Of a DNA stretch of 64,000 bases, positions 22,955-37,144 are shown in pieces; the first letter of the stretch is position 1; each line of letters begins with the position of its first letter. Where the stretch lies: assembly GCA_973895155.1 (NCBI GenBank), contig OZ316896.1:10551525-10615524 (forward strand), read 5' to 3'. The DNA comes from Marsupella aquatica (taxonomy: Eukaryota; Plantae; Marchantiophyta). The notes below the pieces were generated by a model, which saw only the letters and a list, made by a program, of their open reading frames with translations, did no database searches and was not told the DNA's origin. The position numbers and the translations under genes are program-made.

Positions 22955-23449
22955 TTTATCTGATGAAGAGCCATGACAGTGTTAGTCATTTAGACAATGA
23001 ATACTTGTTGAGTGGTGAACTTGTTTCCTTCAAATTCCATCTGTAATAAAAACATTCATTGTCCTCTCATCATGTCATTCCACAATGAAATCATCTCTTT
23101 GCTTTGGATTCTGTTCAAATTCTGTTCAGTGTTGTGTGTCGTGTTGGCTTTTCCTTAACCAAGGATGTGGCTTTGTCCTCATGTCTACATACAAGGTTGC
23201 AAGGCCCCTACGGAGACAGTATGTACTGAAGGGGGTGTTTACAGAGCTGGGCAAATGTCCTTTGCTGTTTGTATTGTTGACAACTTCAACTCAGGTACAT
23301 GACCAATTCACATGACAACAATGCACTTCTTCTTTTGACCATTATTTAGTAGGCTACTTTGTTACCCTTTTCACCTATTGTTCATCACTACAGAGTTTGC
23401 AGTCTGTTACAATACACCCTGGTCACCACCCTCCCCAGACCCAACGCAA

Positions 23450-23989
23450 TGCACAGCCATTGCCTTTACATCATCCCATAAGGGTTGCACGCCATGACAA
23501 TAAGCTTTGGCAGCGTGAAACATTAAGAAATAGACTTGCAGGAGCCAGTAGGATGAGATGTCCTTGTGCAATCTGCCAAGGGACTCGTAGCACGATCCTC
23601 AGTGAGGTTTGGCAGCATATTGCAGTGAATGGGCAAGATCCACGACATCAAGTTTGGAATGATCTAGCAGAGGAAGATTCTTCTGATGAGGAGTGGAGGC
23701 AGATTTTGAGGCTGCCAATGTTGTGCGACGGTCGGAGGTGGATCTGCCAAGTGATTTGGACAATGCTATTGCTGGTCTATGTGGGATCACTGACCACCAA
23801 CAGGATGTGTGTCGGGCAGAGCCACATGACGAACGCATTCGTGTGGAACAGATGGTGCAAGACATCTTCCAGAACTTGGATGCATTTCATGATGGGTTGG
23901 ACAATGAAGACAACACTGATGCTGATGCAAGTGTGCCCCTAGTTGACAATCCTCTAGATGAGTTTGAGATAGGGCAAGATGTTGAGCAT
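23450..23989 (+). pseudogene. CACTA transposase N-terminal part (transposase-associated Cys/His domain)
   Basis: RCPCAICQG..VWQHIAVNG..VW. Joins in frame (GQDVEH-DWMFGSL) to 33353 when the insertion is removed. Confidence 0.8.
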
Positions 23990-24683
23990 AAATGACACTC
24001 ATAACGGTAAACACATGACACATCCAACACGTAAGTAGTCGACACAAGAGATACGTGGTTCACCTCCTCTCGGGGGCCTCAGTATACAGAGGCCCCCATA
24101 CCACGCTCGACGTTTTGGTCCCTTGTGACCCTAACTTATTAAGTAATTTTTTTTTTCTCCCTCCCTACCATGCTTAGAAGAATTCCAAATCCTTAAATTT
24201 TGACCCCTAAAAAAGGTTGAGTAAATTTTTGTCTTCATTTAAACATACCTTACTAAGAAAAGAAAAGTTCTTTCAAATGCGCACCTTTTTTGAGTGTTTG
24301 TCAAGATTATTTGAGTCTTATTGAAGCCCTCCTATGCTCCTTTGCTCCTTTGCATTGGCATCCATGATGTCTCATCATAAAAAACTTATAGTATATAGTG
24401 TTGATGCTTCCACTAAGAATCTCAATTCTAGTAGAAGCTTCAGCAATATACAATATGAGTTGTTCATATTTGCAATCTCCTATGCTTACAGTCTCATGTG
24501 AAAGGTAGGTGCACCAAAAGGAAATTGAGTTAACAATCTGAATGAGTGTATGTGGCAGAGGGGAATTGAACCCTTGATTGAGCAAGAAGCTCAAGTATCC
24601 AAATCTGCCACCCCCTAACCTATTCCCCTAACCTATCCCCTGTACCTACTTAAACCACTACCATGACTATGGATACATGCACA

Positions 24684-27600
24684 TCATTCAACTCTAGACA
24701 TGGTCTCTAGATAAGTATCCAAAGCTTGTTTGTCAACTCGATCTAACACATACACTAAGCCAATCCCTTGTTTCATGGTCAAAGTAACATTAGTCATCAC
24801 CATTTCTATATCAATCCATTGTAAATCAGTAGTATCATAAGTGAATTCAACCTTGCTTGAGCTTGTTGGCTTATACCAATTAAATAAAAAGACAAATACT
24901 CCCTATGTGTCCATGAGGAGGTGTAGGCCTGTCAAGCAAATCAATAGCAGATCTCACTCTAGTCCATTGTCCCTTAACTTTCTGTCTCATCATCATAATC
25001 CGACCAAGCCAAAATTCTTTCTTGGCTTGAACTTCTAGTTCCTGAGTCCTAGCTTTACCTCTTCCCTTACCTTTCCCCTTCTTTGATCTTGTAGAAGGGC
25101 CTGCAGCATTAGCACTTTCAAATGCTACTCCACAATCACTCCCAACATCAACAAAATAGGTCACAGTATTTGGATCACATTGTTTCCTCTTACCAAGATT
25201 ATATGCCACTTGTTTCGCCCTTGTGAGCCTATCCTTGGACAAATGAGGGTTGCCCACTAGTTGACTCACCAAAGTAGATTTGTAAATTGTTCTGCCCTCA
25301 TAGGTAACTGTAGGCAACACCTTCCTCTTTTCCTGTAGAGGGCTCTGAATAGACTCTGTAAGATCAGTCACAACAGAAGACAACACATGACGAACCTCAT
25401 GCCCCAAAGTATCTATCTCTATAGAATGAGGTTCTGGTACATCTAACTCAGCCCCATCCTGCAAAACATCGTTAGGAATGGTTAGCTCATCTGTCAACCA
25501 TGCATCAATTCGATTTAGATCTTCCTCAGGGTCTTCAAATTCATGAAACTCTCCTTCTGGACGAGGTCCAATTGGAGATCTATGCTCTACATGGTCTTCA
25601 GAATCGTCAACAACAACTGCCTCTGCTATGACAGTTGAATCTGGCCATGTTTCAACTTCCACATGCCAGGGGTGAGTCCACCATCGCTTTCTTGATGCTG
25701 GCAGATCACTTCGGGGAGATATTTGCAACCTTCTAAGGAACTCTTTTGCTTCTTCAAATCCTTCTTTCAAGGCTGTAACCACCAACTCATTAGTTTGCAC
25801 TTCAGAGTAATCAAAAAGATTAGGTGCATCTTCACCTTCAAGTAAAGGATGAAGCTTGGCCCACACATGATCTTGATTCTTATGTGATCGAGCTACTTTC
25901 AAGCCCTCTGGTCCACTTTCTAATCCAGCAAGACGATTCAACCCAACAGCACTATCTAACAAAGAGCCAAAGTCATAATTCCTCTCATGGCCACTCATTC
26001 CACCTACCTTGCTTAAAAAGATCTCACAACAATCAGAACCCAACTCATGAAATAGAATACACAAGTGAGAAAATTTATCACGAAATGCACATACAAGCAA
26101 CACAATGAACTGGCAAGACATATTAACATCATGAAAAGCTTGGATTGAAATCATATTTTTCTTTGTATGTGAAGCAACATTTCCACCTACAGCATGATCA
26201 CCATACCTTAACCACAACCTCCACAGTCGAAAGAACCAAGAAACTTTGCCTGCCAGTTTCACTCTAGTCCTTAGATCATGTCTCTGGGAGTAGAAAATGT
26301 CAATATAATCTGCACAGATCTGCAGATACAACTCTGTCCCCAAGCTTCGTTCATACAACATATCAGTTCTTGCATGTAGATCTGTTAAACATTCACGCAC
26401 CTTGTCTGATGCTATCCTCTGAGGACCAGCCCAATTCTGACGGTCAGATCTATTTACATCATCCCAATTCAATCCATGTTGATGAATTGGGTAATGATTG
26501 TACACATTACAAACATGAAACAGAGAAGCATGTTGGTCTCCAAGTGCCATTATTGAGGACACTCGATCTAGTGGGTTAATCAATTTTTTCCCACTGTGAG
26601 GTTGGTCTTGATCACCAAAACCATAGAGGTCCCCATTAGGCAATATGGCAACTGAGTAAGACCATCCTTCCCACCCTACAGAAAATCTAGGGTAAATGCC
26701 ATTTGCTCCTCTGTAGTCTTCTAACATCAATTTTCTGCGTCTTGCATCACCATCACTAGCATGCCCAAGCAAAGGACCTACAGAGTCTCTGCAATGCACA
26801 TCCCAAGATTCCTTCAATTGCACCCAATGCTCTCGAACCCATTCTGCCTTGAATTTGTTACATGTTGAAATAGCACAGAGGGCCAACTTTGGCATTCCAA
26901 CATGCAATGGATTCACAATGACAACTCTAGCATACATGCCCTTGTTAAAATCCTCAAATGTATTTACAATCTTGTTATAGCCATCCTCACCATCACCTAC
27001 AAGAATTTCTAATCCAAATTCATAGGTGTGCCCATCCTTATGGCCACAGAAACCAATCAGAGTGTCATATTTGGCCTCCCACCTGCACAGAGCCCAATGA
27101 GAACCAAGTCAGATTCAAAGAATTGGTTCAAAACTACATGCATCACAAATAGTCTTCACCTCCAATCACATCATTATGTGCTATTGCAATTGACGTACCG
27201 TGGGCTTTCCTTGATCCTGGTTTCATCCTCTACAAACATGACAGGCACATCCCCTACAATCCCCAACATCTCCTTTGTAGCAGACAGAATTCGAGCCACC
27301 TCCTTGAATGTTTCTGGCCTAATCCCAACACAAAATTGCACAAATTTTGCTCTGTCTCGTTTTAGTATCTTCAGGCTTGGCCCAGATAAGTTTCTTGCAA
27401 AAACATGTGCCACCTGCCGGCCTCCATATTGAAACATAGCCTGAGCAATGGCTTTTTTTTTTTACTGTAGCGAAACCCCCTTGCACTTCTCTCCAAATTT
27501 CTACCTACATCCTTCAAGAAATCCCAAAGACCTTCTTTTCCACCAAATGCACCATTCCTATGACCATTGACAATACTCCTTAAAAAAAGTCTCAAATCTT

Positions 27601-29119
27601 TTCTGTCTGCAACTACTCCTAATAGTTCTTGCAATTTTCTCTTCCTAGTACTCAAGGCACACACTTTCTGAGTCTGTAGTGCCAACAACCATCTCTCCTT
27701 TCTTCTCTTGATATTCAGGCCATGCATCTGTGTACTCAACTCTGGACGTGTCAAATAATGTGCATTCAAACCACCCTCTGTGCTTCTTTCCCCTCTCTTT
27801 GCTAAAGCCTCCGCTTCCCTGTGCACCCATCCACGAAAGTCATCTTCTAGTGTTATAGCATGACATCTACTGCAAGTTAGGTTCAGAAAACCCCCACCAT
27901 ACAAGGACAACCTACAACAATCTTTATGCCTAAATAATCCTTCTATATGTACAGTAGAATTTGTGTTAGGATTGTAGACATGAACAGAGATTGTAGCATC
28001 CATATTCCAGACATGTCCTCCCTGCTGATCATGCAAGATACCCTTCACAGCATACTTCACATTCTTCCACTCTACATATTCATCCCATATTCCCCAACAG
28101 AGCAAACTTAAGCCCACATCAATGTCTCTAGACCCACTTGTGCCAGAGCTGCTGCTTGCATTGGAAGCATCCTCCTTGAAGAATTTTAAGATTGAATTCT
28201 ATGAAGGATGTTGATCCCTCTCATCTGGCTTCCTTGGTCTTCCCCTCTTTCCAGATCTCAATGCAAGTTCAGCAGTATTCTCTCTGGCTTCAACTACATC
28301 CAGGTGACCTCGACTGACCAAGTGTGTCCTCAAGTTGTGATCCAAAGTCCTTTTCTTACAAACCAAATCCATGATTGCCCCACAGACTTTGCAACGAACC
28401 TTATAAAGGAACCACTTGTTTGCATTATTGGCTGGACCAGGCACAAGGGGCACATGAAATAACTCATCATCACCTCCACACTCAACATTCAGATTCTAGA
28501 CTATCTCTAGGCCAGTTGCTATGGCACCCTCATAATCAAACTCAAGCTTCTGTGCAAGATCAGAGGGCTTCAACCCAGTCATAGCAATACCCCTTCTCCT
28601 ACAGTAATTGTCTTTGTGTTTAGCAAAGGCAAGGTGCTTGGTCTTAAAATTGCTGAACAAATTAGCAATTGACTTCTTATCTTGGGAATTATCTGCCCTC
28701 CCATAGACCACTCTACACTCAAGACACTCCAGATGGCCTCTCACATCCTGTCCTTCATCCCATGTTCGAACTCTCCAATTATGATTTTTATAACCATTCT
28801 TCTGAGTCCACTTCTCCAGTCTTGTAAATTCATCATTCCAGACTTTGACAGCCACCTTAGACATCAGAATAGACTCAAAAGAAGCTCTCACAGGGGGAGC
28901 TTCTTGAAGCTGTTCACCCTGGGAAGAGTCCACTGCAACCGATTGGGTGACAGCAGCGGAAACTGATGGGAACCCTGTCCTAGCAAAAGGTAGGGATCCA
29001 ATTTGTTCAATGACAACAACTTTCCCATCCAATTCAGACAACTCAGTCATTTTCTCACTATTGACCTTCATGCGACCAGGAAGCCTATAATCCCAGAAAT
29101 CAAAATCAAAATCAACCAA
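24684..29119 (-). pseudogene. Large (~1400 aa) DDE transposase of P-element-like type with two N-terminal C2H2-like zinc fingers
   Basis: EDETRIK, ASDGD, DQPHSGKKLINPL (DxxH) and LGSDCCEIF occur in P-superfamily order. Fingers CLEC..HLAFAKH and CKVC..HLVSRGH. Two in-frame TAGs (28496, 28199), a poly-A frameshift near 27455 and an intron near 27090-27198. Confidence 0.7.
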
Positions 29120-29509
29120 TTCAGGAATTTAACTTCAAAAATCAGCTAAGGTTTGTCCTTCTTTGAAGGCCAACACAGCTATAGGTTCTTCATCTTTCCC
29201 GTCAGTCACCCAATCCCTTTTTTTGTGCAATAGCTTCACAAACTGGGTAGCCATTTCAATCAACTGGTTCAAGTAAGTTAAAGCATCAAGGGTTCTAAAT
29301 ACAATCACAGACACATATTGAACCTGCCATACATAATGAACCTGCCATCCAGCACAGTAAACAACACAATATGAATCAAATTAGAGACTGCTCAAAAAAC
29401 CTTTTCATAACCACATTTAAAGACCAACACAAACAATTCTTGTTGGTTATTGTTCACATGTGATTAGCCCAGTGAAGAAGTTTGCTTTGTACTATCAATT
29501 TCACAAACT

Positions 29510-30177
29510 CTAAGACGTATGAGGCTGAACAGGGACCAAGTTGCCCTCAGATATTGCATGCCTATGACAATAAATGAAACGCCACCCTTCCACATCCCAG
29601 TGGTCCCTGCCCTTCACACACTTCCTGAGGTGTTTCACTCCCCCAGAGGTCTCATCATGACACCAACTTCGAGGGCACCTGCGACACTATACAAAGTCCT
29701 TAATCCCATCCTTGTAGACTTTACAGTACTCAAAAAAATGCCTTGGGCATATTAGGGTTTTTGGATTGGTTGGATGAGACCTCTGAGGCAGTGCCCCAAC
29801 CATAAGTAGCACCCTAAGGCAGCCAGGGTGATAATGAGAAAAGCAATCCGAGTGGGCACAATGGAGCACAAGAGATTCCTGTGTAGTGGGATGTTCAAAT
29901 CTTCCAATGAGTCCACAAGCAAAGCATCTAGCTTTGCCGGCAGCACACAATTGACAAACCCAGGGTGCCCTCCAGTCATTGTTCTCAGGCAATGTGACAG
30001 GAGTGCAAATGGGCCCCTGCATACCTTTTCCACCAACAAAGTGAAAATATCTACTACAAGGCCCATCACAGAATACCACATCATCTGTCTCATCACAAAA
30101 GAAACAACAAGGGGGATCCATGCGCGGTGGTGCTCCTTATGGGAAAATATATCAATCCTTGGCACATCAGAAGCCAT
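29510..30177 (-). pseudogene. Second EDM2/NSD-type tandem PHD finger protein
   Basis: CFFCDETDDVVFCDGPCSRYFH..WVCQLC..CFACG..CAHSDCFSHYHPGC..ICPRH..CRRCPRSW..WD..FIYCHRHAI; one frameshift and one TAG. Confidence 0.85.
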
Positions 30178-32039
30178 CTCGGCTTGCCAGATAGTGAGTT
30201 TACCTCTGCACAACAGATCATTCACTTAGAATCCGTTTTCAGCCCCTTAACATTCAACATTAACTTGGTAGTTATTGGTCAAACAACACATACTTAACAT
30301 TTAAGCATACCTTTAATGCCTTATCAAGCAAGAGATGTAGCAAATGCTGTTTGAGGTCTGCTCCTTCCACAGTTTTTTGGATCTGAACTGTGGTATATTG
30401 CTGAAGCTTCTGAGATGCCTTCACTATGCCCTAAACCTATCAGGAAACCAACCCATCCTGCAAGAACAGTTGAGAGCATGTACTAATTTATCAAAAACCT
30501 GACTGATTTCAAAGAGATAACCTGCATGCGGCCAAGTTCATTCTTGGTAGAAATTGAGTCCTTGGTAGAGCACAAACCTGCTTAGATAGGAGACTAAATA
30601 GAGAAGGAGGAAAGGCAATTGAACCCCTACCATGAAACATCCAATAAGACCAAAAACAAAAGAAGAATCTAAATGAAATTCAAGCTGAGCTCACTAGATT
30701 TTAGCATACCTTGGCAAATACTGGTTCGAGTTTATAGACTTTAGACAGCTCCTCGACAATCTGCCATGTAATCTTCTTTGACAAACTGCACAACACAATG
30801 GCAGATGAATGTCAATCAAAGCTTTCTTTTTTTGACTGATTTTATCTTGAAACATACAAACACAATGTCAGAATCATAGGATCACAAAAGCAAATCAATT
30901 CACCATTCATAAAACTAATAAGCAGAGCAGTCATTACAAAGCTTCCAAGAGTACTCAGTATTCAACATTGTTCAAGACTTAGTAGACAGCCTCAAGTGAC
31001 TTCGACAGCAGATTGAACTCCAGCAACAAGTTCTCCAGCCTCGAGTGAACTTCAGCTCAGATTGAACTCCACCCTCAAGTGACTTTGACAGCAGCAAGTT
31101 TCTAATCTGAGCGAGAATCTAAGACATCTGAGGCAGGATTTGAGGCTTAACCAATGTGCATATTTATAAGTTGAATTGACGTAACTGATAATAATTTGAT
31201 TGGGCCTGTCTACTGTAATTATTTGGCATTATGTTGATACATTGGAGCTACTTGAAACTGAAGAGACAACGCCAAGATGGGTGCATGCTGCCAACCTAGG
31301 ATGCTTCTGCCAACTAAGGACTTCTTTGGATGGAGCTAGTGAGCATCGAGAGGAAGCCCCGGAGGAAGCAATGAAGACAGACCTGGCTGCCCAACTGCTA
31401 GCTACACAGAAGCTGACTCTGAAGATTGAAGACTATTGACTGAAGACAATTATAAAGAACTGAATCTTGATTTACTATAGTGATGCTACACTGGATCCTC
31501 GATATCGTTCACTTAGTTACTACTACATTGATAGACTCAAGGTGCTACGCCTACTCTATCGGGAGTGGGCTCAAGATTGATGAGCTTTCCTGTTGGACAG
31601 CTGCCACTTTAAACCTTTAAAGTGGGGTGAAAAGGCAGCAACTAAATTAAAGCTGAAAGATAGATCGACAGAAAACAGATTTGATAGACCTTGATGAGTG
31701 CAAATGGACTAGATAGCGAAGGAAAAAGTAACAACACAGTTATCTCGCAACTCAAAAGCACCAAGATTGAGATAGAGAACTTCACCAAAAGTAGTTGTAG
31801 CAGATGAAGCACACCCAACCAAGCTTGATCAGCTCACAATGAGCACTTGTGCCCAGCCTTGGTTCACCTTGAACTCTCTATTGCAGCCCACAATGCAGCT
31901 CGCAACTCAGCACACCCAATCACAGTATGACGATAGCAGCAATGGAGGCAGCAACGCAGGCAGCAACGCTCGGTTCGAACTTGCCCAATCAATAGCCTCA
32001 CCAAATCATTGATAGCAGCAACTCCTTCCAAACTCGCCC

Positions 32040-32350
32040 CCAATCACAACCTTCCCCAATCAGAGAAGCAATCAATGCCTCAATCAGAGCAGCAATATTA
32101 GCGCCTCAATCGTAGCGCCTCAATCATAGCAGCAATCGCAGCACAACACCTCAAGCCACAATCGCCATAGCAATCGTAGCGCAACACCTCAAGCCTCAAT
32201 CGCAGCAGCGCAGCTAGCACCTCAAGCCTCAATCGCAACTAGCACCTCAATCACAGCAGCACAGCACCTCAAGCCTCAATCAATCAGCACCTCAAGCCTC
32301 AATCGATCAGCATTGCAGCAGCGCAGCGCCTCAATCAATCAGCATTGCAG
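32040..32350. repeat. Degenerate CCTCAAG/CCTCAATCGCAGCA repeat array
   Basis: More than 10 imperfect CCTCAA(T/G)C units. Confidence 0.7.
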
Positions 32351-33352
32351 CAATGCAGCCCCTGCATCACAGCCCCCGGCCCACTTCAAAGCTTTTTCTT
32401 TGTAAAAATGTTGATGCAACACCCAGCCCCCGATCCCCAAATTTTCCTTCACAAGCGCATTCGAATCATGTTCCCTAACCAGCCATCGCAAACTACAGCC
32501 GATGGATGGCCCAACAAATGGATGGATGGATGGCTGCCCAATTTTACCCTAAACTTGGTGTTGGACGGCTACGGCAACTAGTAACAAGAAACGGTCCCTT
32601 CCATGGACCCGAGCGACCAAATGTATGGCCCCATGATTTCACCCAAACGGCTCTAACTAGGATCGACGGACCTAAGTGACCCTCGAGTGGCTACCCTAAC
32701 CCTTGCTCTCCCCCCCTCCCTGTCCACCTCCCGCTCACACAAACAATTTGAAATTTTCCCTCAAAACTCTATGAAACCCACATGTTGCCCCTAAACCATG
32801 TTTATGCAAGGGAGTGCCACGTGGACCAATTAAAGGTTGACGCGTGTCACTAGTATATTTTCTTTCCCAACATACCCTATCTTAAACGTACAACTTATAT
32901 TGAAGAATTGAGTTTTTACCCATCCCTACCAAACTTCTAAGTTGCACTATTTATTTTTATACCCCTAAAGTTCTTCAACAAAACTTCTTAAGTCTTCCGC
33001 AACATCGAATTAAAAAACCCTATACTTAGTCGTGCGTGATGGGTCGGAAGGAAATAAGTGAGGACCCCGGGCACCTCCTTGAGGCTACGTCCACGGGAAC
33101 ACACAAGGAGCTTTACTGAACTCTAAGCCCATCGGCCATACCAAGTCTCCACAGTGTAAGCTCTCCTCATCTCTCAAGTGGCTCCATAACAATGAGCCTA
33201 AGTTCCACTTATCCAAGCAAACACCGCTTGGCATATAGTGTGCATCCTAGTTAACCTAACCACGTCTACGACTATGGTTAGCCTAACTACGGTTACATTC
33301 ATAAGGTTCCCTAGACCTTGAGTAAATACCTAACACAAGAAACCCTGGGCAT

Positions 33353-36300
33353 GATTGGATGTTTGGCTCTCTTGTGCAAATTCAGGAATGCAGGCACCCC
33401 CTGTATCCCGGTAGCAAGTGTTCCAAACTAGCATTTGTCATCATGTTCCTGAACATTTGCGGCAACCACAATGTCCCCAACATTTTTGTTTTTGAGTTGT
33501 TGGCCTTCCTAGGACTCACTGTGCTACCGCCTGATAATCTTTTGCCAAAGAGCATGTATGAGGCTAAAAGATGCATATCTAATCTTGGATTGAACTATGA
33601 TTCCATCCATGCTTGTCCTGATGGGCATATTCTCTTCAAAAATCAGTATAAGGATCTCTTGAGATGCACTGTCTGTGGGAAGCACAGGTATCAAAACGCA
33701 GGGAAGTCTTTAGTTTCAGCAAAGGTACTTCGTCATTTCCACTCATTCCTAGGCTTCAACGGATGTTTAGAAGCCCTGCTATCTCAAAGATGATGACTGG
33801 GGCAACTTAAAAAAAAAGCTCAGATGGGATGCAGGGACATGCTGCCGATTCAAGACAATAGAAACTCATAGATGAGATGTTTCCAGAATTTGCAGCAGGA
33901 GCCAAGGAATGTGAGGCTTGGGTTGTCATTGGATGGGGTAAAACCATTAGGAGACAAGAACAATAAGTTCTCATGCTGGCCTGTAACTATTTTGAATTAC
34001 AACCTTCCTCCTTGGATGACTACAAAGAGATTTTTTGTTCTCCTGGTTCTGCTGATACCAGGGCCAGACTCTACTGTGTCTGCCAACATAGACGTGTACC
34101 TGGCTAGCTCCCCTTGTGGAAGAATTGAAGAAGCTATGGATGAAGGAGTTCTCACATATGATGTGCTGCAGAGGCTTGGGAGGCTGAACCCATTCAGACT
34201 TAGAGCAATCATCATTTTGACTATAGCTGACTACCCAGCCCATGGTATTACTTATATTAGGACAAGTAACAAAAGGGTATCGGGGATGTACTATTTGTGG
34301 GCCCAATGTCACTAGTGAGCACTCTAGAGCTTTGGGGAAAGTGATATACATGGGTCATCGTCGTTTTTTGAGGCCAAATCACCCTTACAGATGAACGTGG
34401 GCACTCATTGCACACTTTGACCACACCATTGAGGATCGCGGACCCCTAGAACGGGTGACCAAAGAAGAGATCAAGCAGTGGGGAGCACTCAGGGATGACT
34501 ATATCAAACGAGGAAGCAGGCCAAATGCAATGGGTGATCCAGGAAAATGATATGGTGTGAAAAGACAAAGCATATTGGACTTGGAACTGGAGTATTGGAG
34601 GGTAAGCCTCTGAGGCTCTCTGCTCCTTTGAAAATGATTGTTGCTTTGGAATGCTTCATATGTTGTGCATGAATTTTGACTAGACTCAACTGGATGCATT
34701 TGCATACTCACTTTATATATATTGCAATTGTGCAAAAGTTTGAGCCAAGCAAACATAACATTGATGTGATGCACATTGAGAAGAATGTTTGTGAGAGTCT
34801 TCTGCAATTTTTGTGTGGAGAGAAAGACATTTGTGCTGTAAGATTGGATCTTGAACGGAGGGGTATCAAACCCCATTTGTGGTTGAGGCCACATGCCACC
34901 AAAGCTGATGTATTGTTAAAGTACCAAGCGCCTTATGTTCTGACAGATGATGAGTGGAACCTATTTGTCCAAAGGTTGGGTTCTTTGAAAGTTCCTTCAA
35001 ACTATGGGAGTGCTTTCAAGAAGCACATTATGAGTAGGAAGCTTGGTAGTATGAAAAGCCATGATTATCACCTGTTGATGCAACAGGTGTTGCCTTTATG
35101 CTTGAGGGGCCTCTTGCAAAAGCCTGTTCGTAATGTCATCATGCGATTGAGTGATGTGTTTTGCCGTATTTGTGTGAAGGTTTGGGATGAAGCCCACTTC
35201 CCACAACTCACAGAGGATGTTGCTCAGGTGCTTGGTGACTTGGAGATTTATTTCCCCCCAGCTTTTTTTGATGTTATGACTCACCTACTTGTCCATGTTG
35301 TGGAAGAGCTACACCAGTTTGGGTCTGTTAGTGCTCGTTGGCTGTACCCTTTGGAGCGATACATGAAGTTACTGAAAGGTCACGTTAGAACATATTACAA
35401 GCCAAAAGCAAGCATGGCTAAAGGTTACATCAAGGATGAAACCCTAGGATTTCTGGCCGAATACATAGCACAGTATGAGCATGTGAATATCAAGGTCTGG
35501 AATTTTGATGAGGAGGAAGGGGTCTGAATAGGGGAAGTATTGGAAGGGGCTGCAACAACAAAGAATTTGACAAAACTATGAGAGACTTGGCACATGTCTT
35601 TGTATTGCACAACACTGTGCTCATGGATCGGAACCTTGGATACAGTGAGTACAATCATGTCCTACTAACAACCTCCTTCATAACATATCATTGTCTGCAT
35701 GTGATTAACTCCCAACATTTGAATGTATTGCCAAGCTAATGTTGTGAGATTGTTTCTTCAGGGAGTACAAGTCATTGAAGGCTGCCCATCCCACTGTTGG
35801 TCCAACCTTTCCAAGTTTGGTAGAGTGGATCCGGCTAGCGATTAGGGAGCATCATACAACCCATCCAGACATGGATACAGACCTTTACCTCCTATCCAAT
35901 GCCCCTAGTCTGAAAGTGAAGAGTTACAAACGGATGAGAGCATATGGGAATCACTTTCGAGTGAATGATGTTGAGAGTGCGTACAGGGTGACAAATGAAT
36001 GTGGGCTCATTACTGTATTTCAATAGCAGAGCCATGACCATGATAGGGCCTGGATGGAGATGGGATATATGGGTGAACTAGTTGACATATGGGCTCTAGA
36101 TTATGGGGCCATGTCCAGCCCTGTCATTGTTATGAAAGGTTCATGGGTTCGGCAGGATTGGGACAGTAATAGGGCTACCATGAAGAGAGACAGTGATGGA
36201 TTCTTGCTTGCCAATTTTAGAGGGAAATTGCCTGAATGGTCTGAGCCATTTGTCTTTCCTAGTCAGGTGGAGCAAGCTTTCTTCCTGGATGTGGAAGACT

Positions 36301-36527
36301 CCTCAGGTTGGCGTGTAGTCTATCATAAACAAGCTAGGCAACGTCGGATGGAAGGATCTAAACTTGAGTTCCATTTACATTCTCATAGTGCCTTTGATCG
36401 TCGACGTGCACACCAAGTGTCTGTTGTTCATGATAGCAGGGACCTCATTCCTGTGACAAGGGTCGAGGCATTTGCTGAAGGGGATCAACTTATTGATCCA
36501 GATGCTGATAGTGAACCTGTGCCTTGA
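33353..36527 (+). pseudogene. CACTA Tnp2-family transposase (Transposase_21, DUF4218- and DUF4216-like regions), with introns, stops and frameshifts
   Basis: PLYPGS, IHACPDGHILF, RNVRLGLSLDG, YNLPPW, DYPA, HNIDVMHIEKNV, MKSHDYH, FFDVMTHLLVH, WLYPLERYM, EPFVFPSQVEQAFF. Confidence 0.93.
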
Positions 36528-36590
36528 GTAACCTGCATTGTTTGCATGGACACAAATAGATTTTGTAATAAATTAATTGTCAAGGAGCAA

Positions 36591-37144
36591 ATGCATGGTC
36601 AAGTAATTGGATTGTCTTTCAGGGTGACCATAGATGACATGTGTTTGTGATCCAATAGGATGGAACAGATTGACACACATATGTGTGAGTATGAAAGGCA
36701 AGCCATGGAACGTCGAGCATACGTGAATGCCAGAATAGCCGAACTGGAAGCCTCCTTGAAAATGGATGTGGCTGAATTGTAAGGGAACAATTTTCTGCCA
36801 AAACTTGATGTTGAGTTGGGTGTGACCTGAACATTTGATTGTGGCACTAAAATTGTGATTTGATTCTTGTATTGGTGTGTTGCAGATGCACAGACCTTTC
36901 AAAGCAACAAAAGGAGCATCAAAGGAGGGTGACTAGCAGTACCATTGGACCTGTGCGTCAAAGTGAAAGGTTGAGCAACAAGGTAATATCTACAATGACA
37001 AAATGTGCAAATGAGATAGATCCTGCACAAGTGGGTGACGATAGGAGACAAAACGATCCAGACGATGAGTATTTTCCACAGGAAATGGATGAGGATGGTG
37101 GATATGAAGATGAACACATTGCAGAGCCACCAAAGAAGAAGCAA
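36591..37144 (+). pseudogene. Possible small spliced CACTA accessory gene, unknown function
   Basis: Coding-like segments separated by GT-AG introns, acidic stretch and PPKKK; the LINE sits in its following intron. Confidence 0.3.

Larger units (their letters stand above)
23990..33348 (-). mobile_element. 9.4-kb insertion with P-like DDE transposase and PHD cargo; no obvious TIR
   Basis: Splits the CACTA transposase. Flanked by GCAT/GCAT (23986-23989, 33349-33352), extendable to TTGAGCAT/CTGGGCAT with two transitions. Confidence 0.75.

Noticed and set aside
24072-24097. Helitron 3' hairpin
   Set aside because: No CTRR end at the expected distance, no TC start and no Rep/helicase ORF.
31201-31573. 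Possible small solo LTR (TGGGCC..GGCTCA, internal TATAAA)
   Set aside because: No convincing TSD; left unannotated.
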